Source of the DNA: Marsupella aquatica
Taxonomy: Eukaryota; Plantae; Marchantiophyta
DNA length: 64,000 nucleotides
Direction of reading: 5' to 3'
NCBI GenBank assembly: GCA_973895155.1
Contig: OZ316896.1
Span: 19,332,754 to 19,396,753 of the forward strand
Part shown: piece after piece, positions 1-13,777 of the stretch
How positions within the stretch are numbered: the stretch's first letter is position 1
Layout: every line of letters starts with the position of its first letter
Made by a program: the position numbers and the translations under genes
Notes under the pieces: generated by a model
Told to the model about the DNA's origin: nothing
Databases searched by the model: none
The model's input: only the letters and a program-made list of their open reading frames with translations

Positions 1-51
1 GGTCCATCGAGAAACACTTTACATTTTGGGGGTCTATCAAGTATCTTTCTC
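1..51. mobile_element. Right-hand terminus of a Mutator-type MITE, cut by the window edge
   Basis: GGGGGTCTATCAAGTATCTTTCTC resembles the right TIR (GGGGTCTACTAAGCATATCTCTC) of the TSD-flanked element at 25006-25183. The left end is not visible. Confidence 0.4.
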
Positions 52-780
52 CTACTCAGAAACATAGTCTAACTTTAAATTGATAGAGGTTACTTGGTTG
101 ATAAATTTTACTCAAAAACCCTTCATTTTCAGTCACAGCGCAGCTCTAAGACCTCTAATAGACACAGTATTTGTAATATAATAATTCATACATTGTATAG
201 TGCACCATTTATTTGATTGCACCATCACAATATTGACAGCAAATGTTGAATTTGGTAATGTAGCACGAGGAAAAATGACCCATGACAACAAATATGGAAT
301 TCTATATTTCTATATAATGAATAATGATAGCACAAGGACAAGAGACAAATGACTACACATATTGAATTTTTACAATGATAGCACAGTCAAGGACAAATGA
401 CAAATGACCAATGACAATAAATATATATAACTCTAGAATAATTGTACAAGGACAAGAGATGCACCACATGATTGACTTTTAAAGGGGGCTTTACATCAAT
501 GATGGTACAACAAATGATAGCCACTTTCCAGATTTTGCTTTGGGAGAGAAGATCCCAAAGGCAAGAAACCCAATAAAAAAGAGAAAACAAGAAAACTACC
601 AAAAAATGGGGAAGTCCCCCACAATAGCTAAAGAACTCAGGGGTATAGATCACCAAACTTAAAAAGCTTGGTAGCTTCACAGTAAACTGCATAGGGGGGT
701 TTTGAAGAAGAGTTTTACTAGAGGCCCTAAAGCCAACCCAACCTTGGACCCACAAAGAACAGTGGATACCTGAGCCCCGA

Positions 781-1262
781 TTGGGGCTAGTAATTAATAA
801 AATTGAGAGACTATAGCAAGGCAAGGAAGCTCAAGCTCTTCCAGGTGAATTGGAGAGGGCTCCATTTTAGTTTTACAAGATATTGAGAGTCTGGATACCT
901 GACTGGGCACCCAGCTATAGTAAAGCCACACAGTTCATTTTAAGGCCCCAGATTTAATGTAAAAGTGCATGAAATGAAGACCATGCTCCTGGTCTCGTAG
1001 CCGCCGTTACAATATGCTTGTGAGTGGGAAGGGCAGTGGGAGCTTCTTGGTAGCAAATGCACAAGAATTCACAAAAAGGAGACACTCTTTGGGGCTAGTA
1101 ATTCAACACTGATGGAGAGACTATAACAAGACAGTAAAAACAAATCCAGTACAAAAGCAGAGAAGCTTGAGTTTCAGGGTGATTGACTGGTCCATTTTGG
1201 TTATATATGAAATTGAAAGCTGATACCAGAATGGACAACCAGTTATAGTCAACAACTACTAC
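781..1262 (+). repeat. Diverged direct duplication (~308-bp offset)
   Basis: TTGGGGCTAGTAATT...GAGAGACTATA...TCCATTTT...CCAG(C/T)TATAGT occurs at 781-930 and again at 1089-1260. Confidence 0.6.
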
Positions 1263-1359
1263 AATAGTTTCCATTCATTATAATAATACAGATGCAGAGA
1301 GGAGAAAGGATTCCCCCTTATTTACATGTTATCTCTATTATTATCAAGGAACATATGAT

Positions 1360-2605
1360 CAGGCAAGTGTGTACATAATCTGAAACAATAGCATAGTAAC
1401 AACAATCTGAAACAATAGCAAGGTAACCACAATTAGAAACAATAGCAAGGTAACTACAATATGAAACAGTAGCAACGTGAACACAATCCGAAACAAGAGT
1501 AAGGTAACCCTAAGTGTGTACACAATCCAAAATAATAGCATAGTAACAACAATTTGAGAAAATAGCCCGGTAACCACAATCTGAAACAATAGCAAGGTAA
1601 TCACAATACGAAACAATAGCAACGCAAACACAATCCGAAACAAGAGTACATTAATCCTAATTGTGCACACAATCTGAAACAATAGCATAGTGACAACAAC
1701 CAGAAACAATAGCAACTAAAGGTAACCACAATACGAAACAATAGCAACGTAAACACAATCCAAAACAAGAGTAAGGTAACCCTAAGTGTGTACACAATCC
1801 GAAACAATAGCACAGTAACAACAATCTGAAACAATAGCAAGGTAACCACAATCAGAAACAATAGCAAGGTAACCACAATAAGAAACAATAGCAACGCAAA
1901 CACAATCCGAAACAAGAGTACATTAATCCTAATTGTGCACACAATCTGAAACAATAGCATAGTGACAACAACCAGAAACAATAGCAACTAAAGGTAACCA
2001 CAATACAAAACAATAGCAACGTAAACACAATCCAAAACAAGAGTAAGGTAACCCTAAGTGTGTACACAATCCGAAACAAATATAGCACAGTAACAACAAT
2101 CTGAAACAATAGCAAGGTAACCACAATCAGAAACAATAGCAAGGTAACCACAATAAGAAACAGTAGCACAGTAACAACAATCTGACACAATAGCAAGGTA
2201 ACCACAATCCAAAACAATAGCGAGGTAACCACAATACTAAACAATAGCAACGTAAACACAATCCAAAACAAGAGTAAGGTAACCCTAAGTGTGCACACAA
2301 TCCAAAACAATAGCAAGGTAACCACAATCAGAAACAATAGCAAGGTGACCACAATTCGAAACAATAGCAAGGTAACCACAATACAAAACAATAGCACAGT
2401 AGTAACAATCTGAAACAATAGCAAGGTAACCACAATAAGAAACAGAAGCAACTTAAACACAATCCAAAACAAGAGTAAGGTAACCCTCAGTGTGTACACA
2501 ATCCGAAACAACAGGAAGATAACCACAATCCGAAACAACAGGAAGATAACCACAATCCGAAACAACAGCAAGGTAACCACAATACGAGACAAGAGTAAGG
2601 TAAAC
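1360..2605 (+). repeat. 27-bp minisatellite with a 272-bp higher-order repeat
   Basis: Unit GAAACAATAGCAAGGTAACCACAATCA (e.g. 1855, 1882). The variant block AACGCAAACACAATCCGAAACAAGAGTACATTAATCC recurs at 1621 and 1893. Confidence 0.95.
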
Positions 2606-2890
2606 ACCATCCCATACACAATATAGTTAATTAACAAAAAATGCAAGACAAAAGCATGGAAACTCGAGCTTGATGGGTAAACACTATCCGATACACAATA
2701 TAGTTAATTAACAAAATGCGCAGGGAAACTCGAGCTTGATGGGTAAACACTATCCGATACACAATATAGTTAATTAACAAATTGCGAGACATCAGCAGGG
2801 AAACTCGAGCTTGATGGGTAAACATGATCCGATACACAATATAGTTAATTAACAAAATGCGAGACCAAAGCAGGGAAGCTCGAGCTCGAT
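2600..2890 (+). repeat. Four copies of a 66-77-bp tandem repeat
   Basis: ATATAGTTAATTAACAA at 2621, 2698, 2764 and 2839, each followed by GGAA(A/G)CTCGAGCT(T/C)GATGGG. Confidence 0.92.
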
Positions 2891-3058
2891 GGGAATGACG
2901 GGGGACGTTCACTAGTCACTACAGTAGAGGTCGGGAGAACAAAACACGGAGGGAAGCGGGACGGAAATTGCGCATGGAAGCTGTGAGGCAAGCGACACGG
3001 CGTGTGGGGCGAATCTGAGGTGGGTGCCAGTCACCCAGAACAACAGCAATGCACCCAC

Positions 3059-3432
3059 CCACACACACACATACACACACACACATGTTTTGAGCGAGAA
3101 ACGAGGGAGAGAGGCGAACACGAGGCAACAGCTACAGTCGTAGCGGTGGTAGAGTGGCGCTCTGGAGTCCGTTACAGTGCTTCATGTCGTCTCCATTCGG
3201 CTCAATTGGGATCTCGTCACTTCTCTCGCTGTACTGTTTGGGAGATTGCATTTCTCTCTCGGCGAGAGAGAGGGACTGAGGGAGATTGAGAGAGGGACTG
3301 AGAGAGAGAGAGAGAGAGAGAGCTAGGCCGGTTGTGAGTGAGGGAGGGGGCACAGCTCACCGCAAAGCATCCGAGAGGCCGGGAGGGAAGGAGTGAGGGA
3401 AGGAGAGCAGAGGAGGAGGAGGAGGAGGAGGA
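3059..3432 (+). repeat. (AC)n, (AG)n and (GGA)n microsatellites in the probable promoter/5' UTR of the GH116 gene
   Basis: Simple repeats at ~3059-3085, ~3299-3321 and ~3411-3432 within a purine-rich tract. The promoter/UTR role is inferred. Confidence 0.8.
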
Positions 3433-6400
3433 GCTTTAGAGGACGGAGTGAAGTGTGTTCCAATGGTGGCTGGTTGTGATGACGAGGAGTAGTAGGAAAG
3501 TTGTTTCTTCCCGAACGATAGGCGTTTGTGCCGTGATGGTAGCGGAGAAGAAAGCATGAGAATTGGGAGCAGAGCCGAGCCGAGCGGCAGCAGGAGGTGG
3601 TGGGTTGCGTTTTGTGGGGGATGGGCGGCTGATGAGATCGAGAGAGTTAAAGCCGGCCTCAAGACAGTCAATTGCCTGCAGGCTCTGGGATTATGCAGCT
3701 TGAGTTGGTGGAGGAGGCCGGCCTTCTATTCAGGGCGTCGATTGCTTGCCTCGAGCTTGATTAGAAGCTCAAGAGAAGACATGTCAATTGGATTCCCGGA
3801 TACTTAGTGTGGAAATACTCTCCCGGATGTTGTTGTTTGGAGATGGCATCACCGTCTTCTTCTTAGATCGTTTATTCGGATAAGTTTAGACGCTGGGAGG
3901 ACGAACAGCTGGGAGCTGTTCGATTGATTCATGGGTACAGGATTTCTCGTGGGCGGAGCGCATCGGCCGTGTTGGGGATCGTCAGATAGAAAACGTTAGG
4001 GTTGGAGAAAGGCGTCTGCATGCGGCAAAGTTAGCGTTACGGTTGATTAGAGTGGGGACGGTCAGAGAAAGCACAATGACAGGACTAGGATTAGGTGGGT
4101 TGCACACGCCAAAGATCTTCCACTGCCGAAGGCCCTCATGGCCTTTGAACGACTTTGTACACAAGCCCACCATGGCATTGGTAATCTCTCCGTCATTTAT
4201 GGGTCCACCTTTTTCGCCAATGTTACATTTTCTTTTGTTGTTGGGGTTGTAGTCCAATGTTCCCGCTTTCTCTGCATCGCATCCGCTCCCCGAGCTTCTC
4301 ATATACCCAATGCCGACTGCGGGATGCAAGACTGGCTTTTGATTCCTAGGCTGGTACTGCCCCACCTTTTCTCCCTTGCCGTCAATTTCATTGGAGAACT
4401 TCTCCATCCACCCTCTTCTGCCGTTACGTTATATTCCAATACTTCGAATTCTCTTATGAACATTTCGGGATGAATATTAAAGGACTCGTCTAGCTTGGCA
4501 AGCGTGAGAAAGGCCTCTCTTTGCCTCTCTAATGAAGCCAAATTCTTCTCTTGGAGCCGTTCTATTCCACCCAAATGCGTTGGGTGGCTGAACCTTCGTG
4601 TGCAACGAATACGTTGAACACTAATTTATCTCCTTTGTCGCTGTCAGTTTAGTTGTTTCTTCTTCTGTTGCCAGGTTCTCTTCATTGGAACGTGTATGGT
4701 CCTCTCTTTCTGTCTACGTCTGTTCTGGTCTCCGCCATCTCTTTTGTTCTCCTCTATATCACCCTAGTGTCTTATGATGGAGCAGCCCGCGATTAGTGTT
4801 CTCGCTGTAGGTTTGAGTACCTCTCATCTGGCAACGTCCGTAGCGAGTTCAGTTGGATCTCTCATCTAGACCAGGTAAGTCCCTTCCATCACTGAATTCC
4901 AGGAAAGTCTATGTTGCAGATAGGATCGGAATTTCTCCCTTCTGTCAACTGCCCGCCAGCCGTGCGCAGAGGGATCGGTGCGGGCTTGGATTCCTTTGGC
5001 TCTAACTTGTAGGGAGATTTCCTCCCTGGGGACGAGAGTTCCCTAGGACTGTCGCTGGCCTGATCGAGTTGCTCTTCTCGAGTCCATTCCCTCGTCGCAG
5101 CGTCCCTTTCCCAACCCACCTTGCCCCCCCCCCCCACAACACACAGGCATAGCCTGCCGTCTCAGGTGGTCAGGATGGTGCGAGTGAGGCTTTCGTGCCC
5201 TAATGAATCTTAGAAGGTTTCTTGTACTGTCGACCAAACCATCAGCGCTCGAATTGCGGACATTTGTTGGCTTTTGATAGGACTGGTTCTTTAGCTGCCT
5301 AGAGCAGCATTAGCCCCCGAATTGCTGGCTATCTGTGGGCGTTTCGTCATATGGCGATGTTTACGGGTACGAAGAGCAGGAATTCATGATCTTGAAGGGA
5401 GGAGCTGTATACTAGGTAGCTTTCTGAGATGTGGAGTACCTGTAGACTTCAGCGAGGAGAGAAAGCGGCTGTTTCTGCAGATTGGGTCCCCTCACTTCGT
5501 AAGATCACCAGGAAGCTGAGAGTCCCGCCGATGAACTGTCTCGAGTGAGGAAGCTGGGAAGGAGATGATTCACGGAGACGAGCGCTACTGAGTGATCGCT
5601 GTACTAGGAGTAAGGTTTAGCTGCAGGCCTTCCGAGCAGTTGGCATGACATGTTTGACACTATTACAGCTGACCAAATGATGGGGGCCGCGAATGTTTTG
5701 AAGAGATCTTTGGCAGGGAGACGAAATGGAAATGAATCTGTTTGAACTCCACCAGATGCTATGTACATTGCTGGTAGGCATGTAAGGTTGTGTGGTTCTT
5801 GCAGCGCCGGGTGGACAGACATCAGGAACGTTTCGTTGCCATCGATGGATAGATAGACGGGGCTGCTTTCTATGATGATGGGTCGGGCCCCTTCCTATGT
5901 TTCCGCTATCAGCACTTACAATTATGCGGCTATGTTAGAGGTTGCCGGAGGAATAATACCTTTTTTCTGCATGTAGAGATTGATCTGTCTAGTTCCGTAG
6001 TGGCTTTGGCAGGTCTCAGGAGATTGATTTGGGAAGGCCTAGGGTTTCCTCAGCTGTTGCCGATTCCTTTTCCCGCTGGGCTGGTCGACACCTTTTCGTT
6101 GTGTGGTCTGCAAATTGATGTTCGGTCATGCGAAGACTTTTAGACTATCAACACCCTTTCTGAACGTGTCGATTGACATCTGGTTCTATCGTAGATTCTG
6201 GTAAAGGTCATTTTGGGAGGACCTTCCCTTAGCCACAGCCATCTCCTTCTTGCTGTGACGTGTCCAGCACCGGGGCCTTGCATTCTATGCAGCCTGTCTC
6301 CCCCTGAGGCTTACTCGTTAAGCTACTGCAGTTGCACATGAGACTCTCCTGGCTCCTTGGCCTGGAACAGCCGTGGAACTGAGAAGGAAGAATGTTTGAA

Positions 6401-6552
6401 CTGAAAAGTCTAAGTGCACGCCGTGGACGCTTCAGTGGCGCGTCAACACAGAAAGAATGAACAGGAAAGTGATACTTCTGGATCCTGAAGGGGGTTTGTC
6501 GAGAGGAAGGTGACAGCCAATGACCATAAGGAGAGGAGGAACGAATTGCTGA

Positions 6553-9500
6553 ATGGGAATCGAAGAGTGTGTAACACATGAGGCACCAACTAATAGTGAT
6601 GTTCTCGATGTATGTGATCAGTTGGACCAAGACCCCGGAGCTCCCCCAAAGCAAGCATGGAGACGCAAGCTCAATTGCAGTGCCGGTATTTTGAAGGAGT
6701 TCAGTGTCACGTTCATGGAGGCTATGAAAATGGTAAAGTATCTGCTAGTGGGTTCCTAAGTAGAATTTTTGAAACTGAAAAATGAAAGTAGGTTGGTTGT
6801 CGGCTACAGGGGATTCCTCCGAATATATTTTGTTCAGCCTAGAGGCGAGTGTTCCACGGATGATTTTTAGTGATCCTACGCGTCCTAACTGGAAATTCGG
6901 AGGCTTGATTAGTCTGTTTGACCTAGTCAACGGCTGTAGTTAACAAGATATTAGTGGAGGCGTCCATTGTTGTTGGGGTAGTTCATCTTTCGAAAGGGGT
7001 ACTCACGTGTTTGTGCTCCTGCAGTTGGGACTGGGGCTGCGAATGTGGGTGTATATTAGATCGGAGCGTGCACAAGGACGAGTAAGTACTGGCTTACCTC
7101 TCCTGCGTTTTTCTAAAGAAACTTGTGCGTCAGGATTTTTGTCTGCAATTTTTGGCAGAGTTTGCCTTCAGGTCGGGTACCAGGGCCTTACAAGTTGTTC
7201 TTGACAGGTCCCACCAATTGACCCGTTCAACAAGGACCCAACGAGGCCCTCAGCTTGTCATGGGGTACCACTCGGCGGAATGGGGTCAGTGCCATCTTTA
7301 ACCTTTAAACTTCCAGTTGATTCCTCTTTACTTACTCCAGTTGAAATTGCCCAGAGGAGGTGGAGTATATCTACTAATTGCACTTGATGATGGAATTGCC
7401 GTCCATAGTATACTGTCATGGTGTTTTTATCGTAGCAGTAATGGCTCTATGCGCTGGACATTCCCTGGTCAAACGGGGTTGAAACAGAATGTCGATGCCT
7501 CTGACGAAATAATGACGTTTTGTTGCAGAGGTGGTAGCATTGGTAGAGGCTTCAGAGGCGAATTCAGGCGGTGGCAGTTGCTGCCAGGAGTATGCGAGGA
7601 AGCTCCTCAGCTTGCCAATCAGTTTTCTGTAAGTCTGCCTTCGTAGATGATGCTTGAACACGGTGTATGATGTGAAGACAGTTTCCCTCGCGCAATGAAT
7701 ATCAGACTGCTAGTACTGAATGTAGAAATCGGGCTCTTAACTTGGTTTGACAGGTTTTCGTCACTCGAAAAAAGGACAATGGAACGAGGAAGCAGATATC
7801 CTCAGTTCTGACGCCTGGCCCTCCTGAAAATCTCGGGTGAGTTGTGGTGATGAGGATTTAGCGTTCTATTTACGGCGAGATGTATAAATATGAATTTTAC
7901 ACTCTGCAACTACTCGTGCTCGTCGCTGAGTGACCTTGTCTTACAGGGCCACAGGCGATGAATGTGGTATCGGTTCGTGGGATTGGAACCTTGACGGGGC
8001 ACATTCAACTTACCATGCACTCTTTCCTCGAGCTTGGACAATCTACGACGGTAAGTGCCAGTCTTGATCAGGGTCTTGCGTGCGGTCTGTTGTCACCCAA
8101 AATTTGATTGGCCTTAACGTCTGGTATCGAAGGCCCATAGAAGTGAGGCCTGGCCGGGAGGCAATATAACGCTTTGCACGGTGTGAAGTGATTTTTGGTG
8201 AAATTTTATTTCCTGGAGAGATTAGGTACATGCAACTTGTTTTAATCGGTGATTCAGTTTAAGGCCAATTGTTATTTCATCTGGTGTTGTCAAGATTCTG
8301 ATAGCGTTTGTTCAACTTCACTTGCAGGTGAACCCGATTCAGATTTGAGAATCTCATGTCGTCAAGTATCACCTTTTATACCGCACAACTACAAAGATAG
8401 CAGTCTCCCATCGTGCATCTTCTCCTACACTGTAAGATGGGCTCGAGCACTTGTTCTGCTTTGTTTTGGTGAAGAGGTCTAAGTTACACAGTCGGATTAA
8501 TTGCTTGACTATTTGACCTGTTCTGGAACAAGGCTTACGCTTGTTTTTTCCTTAGGTGGTCAACACCGGGAAAGAGGATGCAGAAGTGAGCCTTGTGTTC
8601 ACCTGGGCGGTGAGTCTCCCCCAACATTACTTGGTTTTGGCCACATAACTTCCTGTCTCTAGAACTTTCTTGTAGTTGATATTAATGATGAGTCAATCTT
8701 TCCCCAGCTTGGCTGGCATAAACTTTTAAAATGTACCAGTTCCCTTCAAACATATTCTTTATATGCTTTATGCATACCAGCTGAGATAGACAGGTCCTAG
8801 TTTTTGTACACTCTTTTAATATTCTTGTCCTCATGCGTTGTGCAGAACTCTATCGGTGGTACCTCCGGCTGTAGCGGGGGCCACTTCAACGAACCTTTTT
8901 CGTAAGCTTCCCTTCTGAGTTTGTCCCATGATTTGTGAAGCGTCACTGAAAAGAGAACATTCTATTGTGGATGTTTTATTTGGCATTCGTCTCCCACGGC
9001 AAACTATGCACTTTTTAAAAATTAATGGAGTTCCTGAATTTGTGAGGAGTTTGAAGTTGAACGTTATTCAATGTTTCCCAGATTGTCGTCTTGACCTCAG
9101 GTACGGGTGGGGGCCTTTGATCTCCAGAAATCAGTCAGAAATTAGGCTTGAATTTTCGCTTGTTCTGATTTCAGGGAAGATGATGGAGTGAGAGGTGTGC
9201 GACTTCATCACAAGTAAGAACCCCGTTCTATTGCATCCAAATTGAGCTTGTTTTTGGGATGTGATAAAGAAGATAAAAGCAAATTGATGCATCTGCGAGC
9301 TGGCTTTTTTCGAACTTAATATCGGTCTTACTATCATTCCTTCCTACTCTTTGCAGGACGAAGGGAAATACACCGGTAACTTTTGCAATTGCGGCTCGGC
9401 AAACCCCAGGCGTGACTGTGACTGTTTGTCCCAACTTTGCCCTGAGTAAGAAAGGTGGTGATTACACTGCTAAGGATATGTGGATGGAAATGAAGAAGGT

Positions 9501-12500
9501 GAGGCATTCTTAAGAGGAAAAAGACTCGCGTTCCTGGGTACACTTCTGTCCAGAGCTTCACTTCTAGTTTTTCTTAGTCTCATTGCTTGTCAGTCACTTT
9601 CCTCTCTACTCTTCAAGGTACAAATAGACCAGCCGGGGAAATGCTTTCAAAGGGGAAACAATTCCGGGGCTGTGTTCAAATCAGCTGTTTAATTGAGATG
9701 TGAAAGTCTGAGCTCCAAACGTTTGGAAACGCTGACTAAGTTTCTGCCGTTGATGTACTGTAGGATGGAATTTTCAATGAAACTCAGTGGGCCTCAACAC
9801 CCATGGCTCCCTCTCCTACGGGTGAGGAAATTGCAGCTGCAGTCTCAGCCAACGTTATCATCCCACACGGTGAAAAGAGAAATATTGTGTTCTCTCTAGC
9901 CTGGGATGCTCCGCAGGTCAAATTTACCAAAGGGAGGTCATACAACAGGTACCTCATTTTTACCTGTGCTTGACTTCTTTTATGCCCGTTACCGTGAAAC
10001 CTTTTGGTGTTTTGACTATTCAATTCTCGTAGCGTTTCGTTATTCAACTTTTGACAGGGCGTACCATGGTCTTTATTGCAGGCGTTATACTCAGTATTAT
10101 GGAACCACAGGGACTGCAGCATCTGTGCTTGCTCATGACGCTCTTCTTGGTACACTCTTTAAACCCTGCTAAGAGTGACTCCTTCGTTGTTTGACGTGGT
10201 GGCGTCCGTTGTTTGACGAGGGATGATTGCTGAGCTTGCTGTTGGGGCCTTGCCTTGACATATGATAGTCGGTACCTGAGTTGAAGTTTCTACTCGTTTC
10301 AGATGACAACGTTGTAGTGTTTGCATTTGAGCATAGCTTGCAATCGTCGATAAGGATTACTGGAAGCCATATTTTCCAAATCAGGGAATCTTTAGGAAGG
10401 AGGTATAGCAGTGTCTTACGAAAAGTAGAGCAGCTCTAAAGTTGTGCTAAACCTCCCTCATTATTACTAATACGTTCTCTTTTCTACAGATTATCGCAAG
10501 TGGGAGATGGATATTGAAGCATGGCAACGTCCTATCCTTAGGGATGAAAAATTACCGGAGTGGTGTGTACATATTTCCTTTCTTATTCTGTACCTGGACG
10601 TTTGAAGCAGTAATTTGTGTTTTTCTGTATATGTCACAGCAAAATTCGGTGTATTGCAGGTAGATGAGTTGAGACTACACGTTAGCCTGACCCTATTCTT
10701 GGTTGAACTCCTACTTGTTGCTGTAGGTATCGGGTCACCCTATTTAATGAACTCTACTATCTGGTCGCTGGAGGCACTGTTTGGACAGGTGAGCTAGTTT
10801 TTGTGCCTTCTCCTGGAACAGTTCGTCCTCGCTTAAATTCTTATCGTGAGTTTCTATGATTTGGTCCGAGCTCACATGCAAATTTTAGCATTTGAACGAA
10901 GAAATATATGTAACGAAAGCGCAAGAATGAAGCAGATAAGGCATCTATCGAAGGTGACACTTTCACTTGGTCCCATCTTAAAATACCACTGGTCAAATAA
11001 TATTCAGGACTTCTAAAGGCTATTTATTTATACTGCTGGTCTTTTTTCAGATGGTGGTCCTGCTCTGCAAGGGCGAGGGGATATCTCAGTCCCGGGTTCA
11101 CCAGAGTCCTTTTTGTCTACAGTTGGACAATCTGAGAGTAATAGTGACGATGACAGTACGTATATGTCAATGTCAAGAGACGCTAGTGACCTGACAGAGA
11201 AATCGTTCCCTCCGCAGCGATCTGTCAACAGAGCGAGTAGTAGTCTAGGTGAAAAGAGCTTTCGGTATATAGGAGTGTCAGAGTATGGTGATCGTGTGCA
11301 TCCGGATATTGGCGAGCATCCAGACATTGGTGAGGGGACCGAGATGTCCGTGCGAAGCGATGATACTAGTGCAAAAATCCTTCGGACCTTGAAAGCTCAG
11401 CTGCCGCATGACAAAGGAGGGAAACTAGCCTTCCCCCTTGCCGGTGTGTCTCTCCTTCAAAAAGGGGAGGAAAATGTGGGCCAGTTCCTTTACTTAGAAG
11501 GGGTGGAGTATATTATGTGGAATACCTATGATGTGCATTTCTATGCCTCTTTCGCTCTTCTCTCACTTTTTCCCAAGCTTGAGCTGGCAATTCAGAGGGA
11601 CTTTGCTGCAGCTACGCTGTCTCATATTCCTGAAAGGGTGAAGTATTTAGCCGAAGGGAACCTGGGCCCCAGGAAGGTATTTGGTGCAGTTCCGCATGAT
11701 CTTGGTACTCATGATCCGTGGATAGAATTGAATGCTTATAACATCCATGACACAAGCAAGTGGAAGGATCTCAACCCGAAGTTTGTTTTACAGGTTCGTG
11801 TATAACATCAAGTTTCTCTTTAGCATCCTGTCTCTGCTATGAAAGCTAGCTTTAAAGGCATGCAGCTCCATCACACCTGCCCGTGCTTCGGGGAGAAACT
11901 TTCTTTCAGACATCTTCTGTGTAAATGTAATGACGTGTATGCTGGAAGTCTGGGAACCTTCTAAGCAATTGTTGTGGTTGACCAGGTATACAGAGACTGT
12001 GTAGCAACTGGAGACAAGGTCTTTGCCAAGGCTGTATGGCCAGCTGTGTATGCAGCCATGGCCTATATGGACCAGTTTGACAGGGACCGTGATGGATTAA
12101 TAGAGAATGACGGGTTTCCTGACCAAACGTATGATACTTGGTCGGTTCATGGGGTTAGTGCCTATTGTGGAGGCCTCTGGTGTGCTGCTCTTCAAGCAGC
12201 TTCTGCCATGGCTAGCATGGTTGAAGATCACAATGCGGCAGACTATTTTCAAACAAAGTTTGTTCAAGCAAGAGACCGATATGAGATGCTGTTGTGGAAT
12301 GGTTCTTACTTTAACTACGACAGTGGAAGCGCTAGCAACAGCAATTCTATACAGGCTGACCAGTTGGCAGGGCAATGGTATTCCTGGGCTTCTGGGCTAC
12401 CTCCTGTTTTCGATGATTACAAAGTTCGTAGTGCATTAAAAAAGGTATACGACTTCAATGTCATGAAAGTCAGTGGTGGAAGAAGAGGTGCTATAAATGG

Positions 12501-13095
12501 GATGCGTCCAAATGGTAAGGCCGATGAAACGTGTATGCAATCACGAGAAATATGGACTGGTGTGACTTATGCGGCAGCAGCAGTCATGATTCAGGAGGGT
12601 ATGATTGACCAGGCGTTCACTACTGCTGAAGGTATTTTTCAAGGTGGCTGGTCAGATTACGGGTAAGTCCTCCTCCCATTAGGGACTCCTTGATTGGTGA
12701 CAGTTAAGAGCATAATTTGAGATTCATTAAATCTTGTTTTAATTCCTTCGCTACAGACTATCTTGGCTTGTTGTTTCTAGTGATGATAACGTGGTTTGCT
12801 TCACGATTGCAGATATTGGTTTCAAACACCAGAGGCATGGGCATTGGATGGATCATATAGGTCTCTTACGTATATGAGGCCTCTTGCCATCTGGGCCATG
12901 CAGTGGGCATTGTATCCTCCCAAATGCATTGCGGAAGCTCCTCGGATCCCGGCCATGGAGAGGGGCCTTATCCATCGGCATGCTGGTTTCTCCTCTCTGG
13001 CTGACAGTTTGAAGCATGTCCCCAGACCACAATTAGACTTCAGCAAACTAAATAGCATATGTAGTTATTTGCTCGATTGTCTGCGCCGGACTTGA
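6553..13095 (+). CDS. GBA2: Non-lysosomal glucosylceramidase (GH116, GBA2 family), 18 coding exons
   Basis: GT-AG exons, approximately: 6553-6732, 7025-7081, 7208-7284, 7529-7628, 7754-7836, 7947-8050, 8328-8431, 8556-8609, 8846-8901, 9175-9213, 9357-9498, 9764-9948, 10082-10149, 10490-10562, 10727-10788, 11051-11793, 11986-12662, 12813-13095. Hallmark motifs: [118 protein letters not shown]. Confidence 0.94.
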
Positions 13096-13777
13096 TAGTA
13101 ATTTAGCCGATTTTCATTCTTTCATTCACAAACGTTATTATTCAGGAGTCATTCATATTGTATGTACATTGCTCAAATGAGCACCACTATTCTTTACGGA
13201 ACTTGTATAATTAGACTGCCCTCTTGCTTGGGCAAGCAGAAAAAGATTATGCTCTCGCGTGCTTCACTACCACGAGGCAGCTATTCAGAAATACCTAGTG
13301 TGCCACCACACCTGTCGCAAAGCAAAAAACTGTTGATGTTGATCTCCTCTTGGAGTACATACATCGTGCTACTACTGTATTACCTATCACCTTTATGCTC
13401 ATGACCCTGTTTTATGAGATCTAGATTCGAAAGAATCCACCGAGTTTCCTCTGTTTTGCATCTCTCTCTAGCAAAATCCCTACCGTAGTTCAGGAGTCAT
13501 CTTTCAGAAATTCTTTAATCCCGCAAGTGGAAACAGAAGCCCTTATGGACCGCATTAGACTGAAATAAAGTCATTGACCTCCTCTGTCACGCCGGTGAAG
13601 TCTCTTTGACAAATCAATACCTAACCATTGCAGAGAGAGTCCAGGTATATGGAGGACTGGCTAGAGATAGCTCCAGAGTATGTGCATCTATCGTGCATGT
13701 CTACGTTGATTTCATGCTGCATATTTCTTAGCTGACTTGTGTCTTTCTTTTCTTGCAGGCTTAAACCTGATGTCAGC

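Larger units (their letters stand above)
1332..2915 (+). mobile_element. Non-autonomous Helitron filled with tandem repeats
   Basis: 5' end A|TCTCTATTATTATCAAG and 3' end GGGAATGACGGGGGACGTTCACTAG|T. It sits between A and T with no TSD, and the ends bracket the repeat arrays exactly. The subterminal hairpin is weak (GAATG...CGTTC). Confidence 0.65.

Noticed and set aside
1359-2646. Hydrophobic LLLFRIVVT-repeat ORFs that look like membrane proteins
   Set aside because: They are the translation of a 27-bp (9-codon) minisatellite inside a Helitron. Frames break at indels and there is no gene structure.
2912-6500. Many short ORFs upstream of the GH116 gene
   Set aside because: No recognisable domains; microsatellite-rich and consistent with a long 5' UTR and introns.
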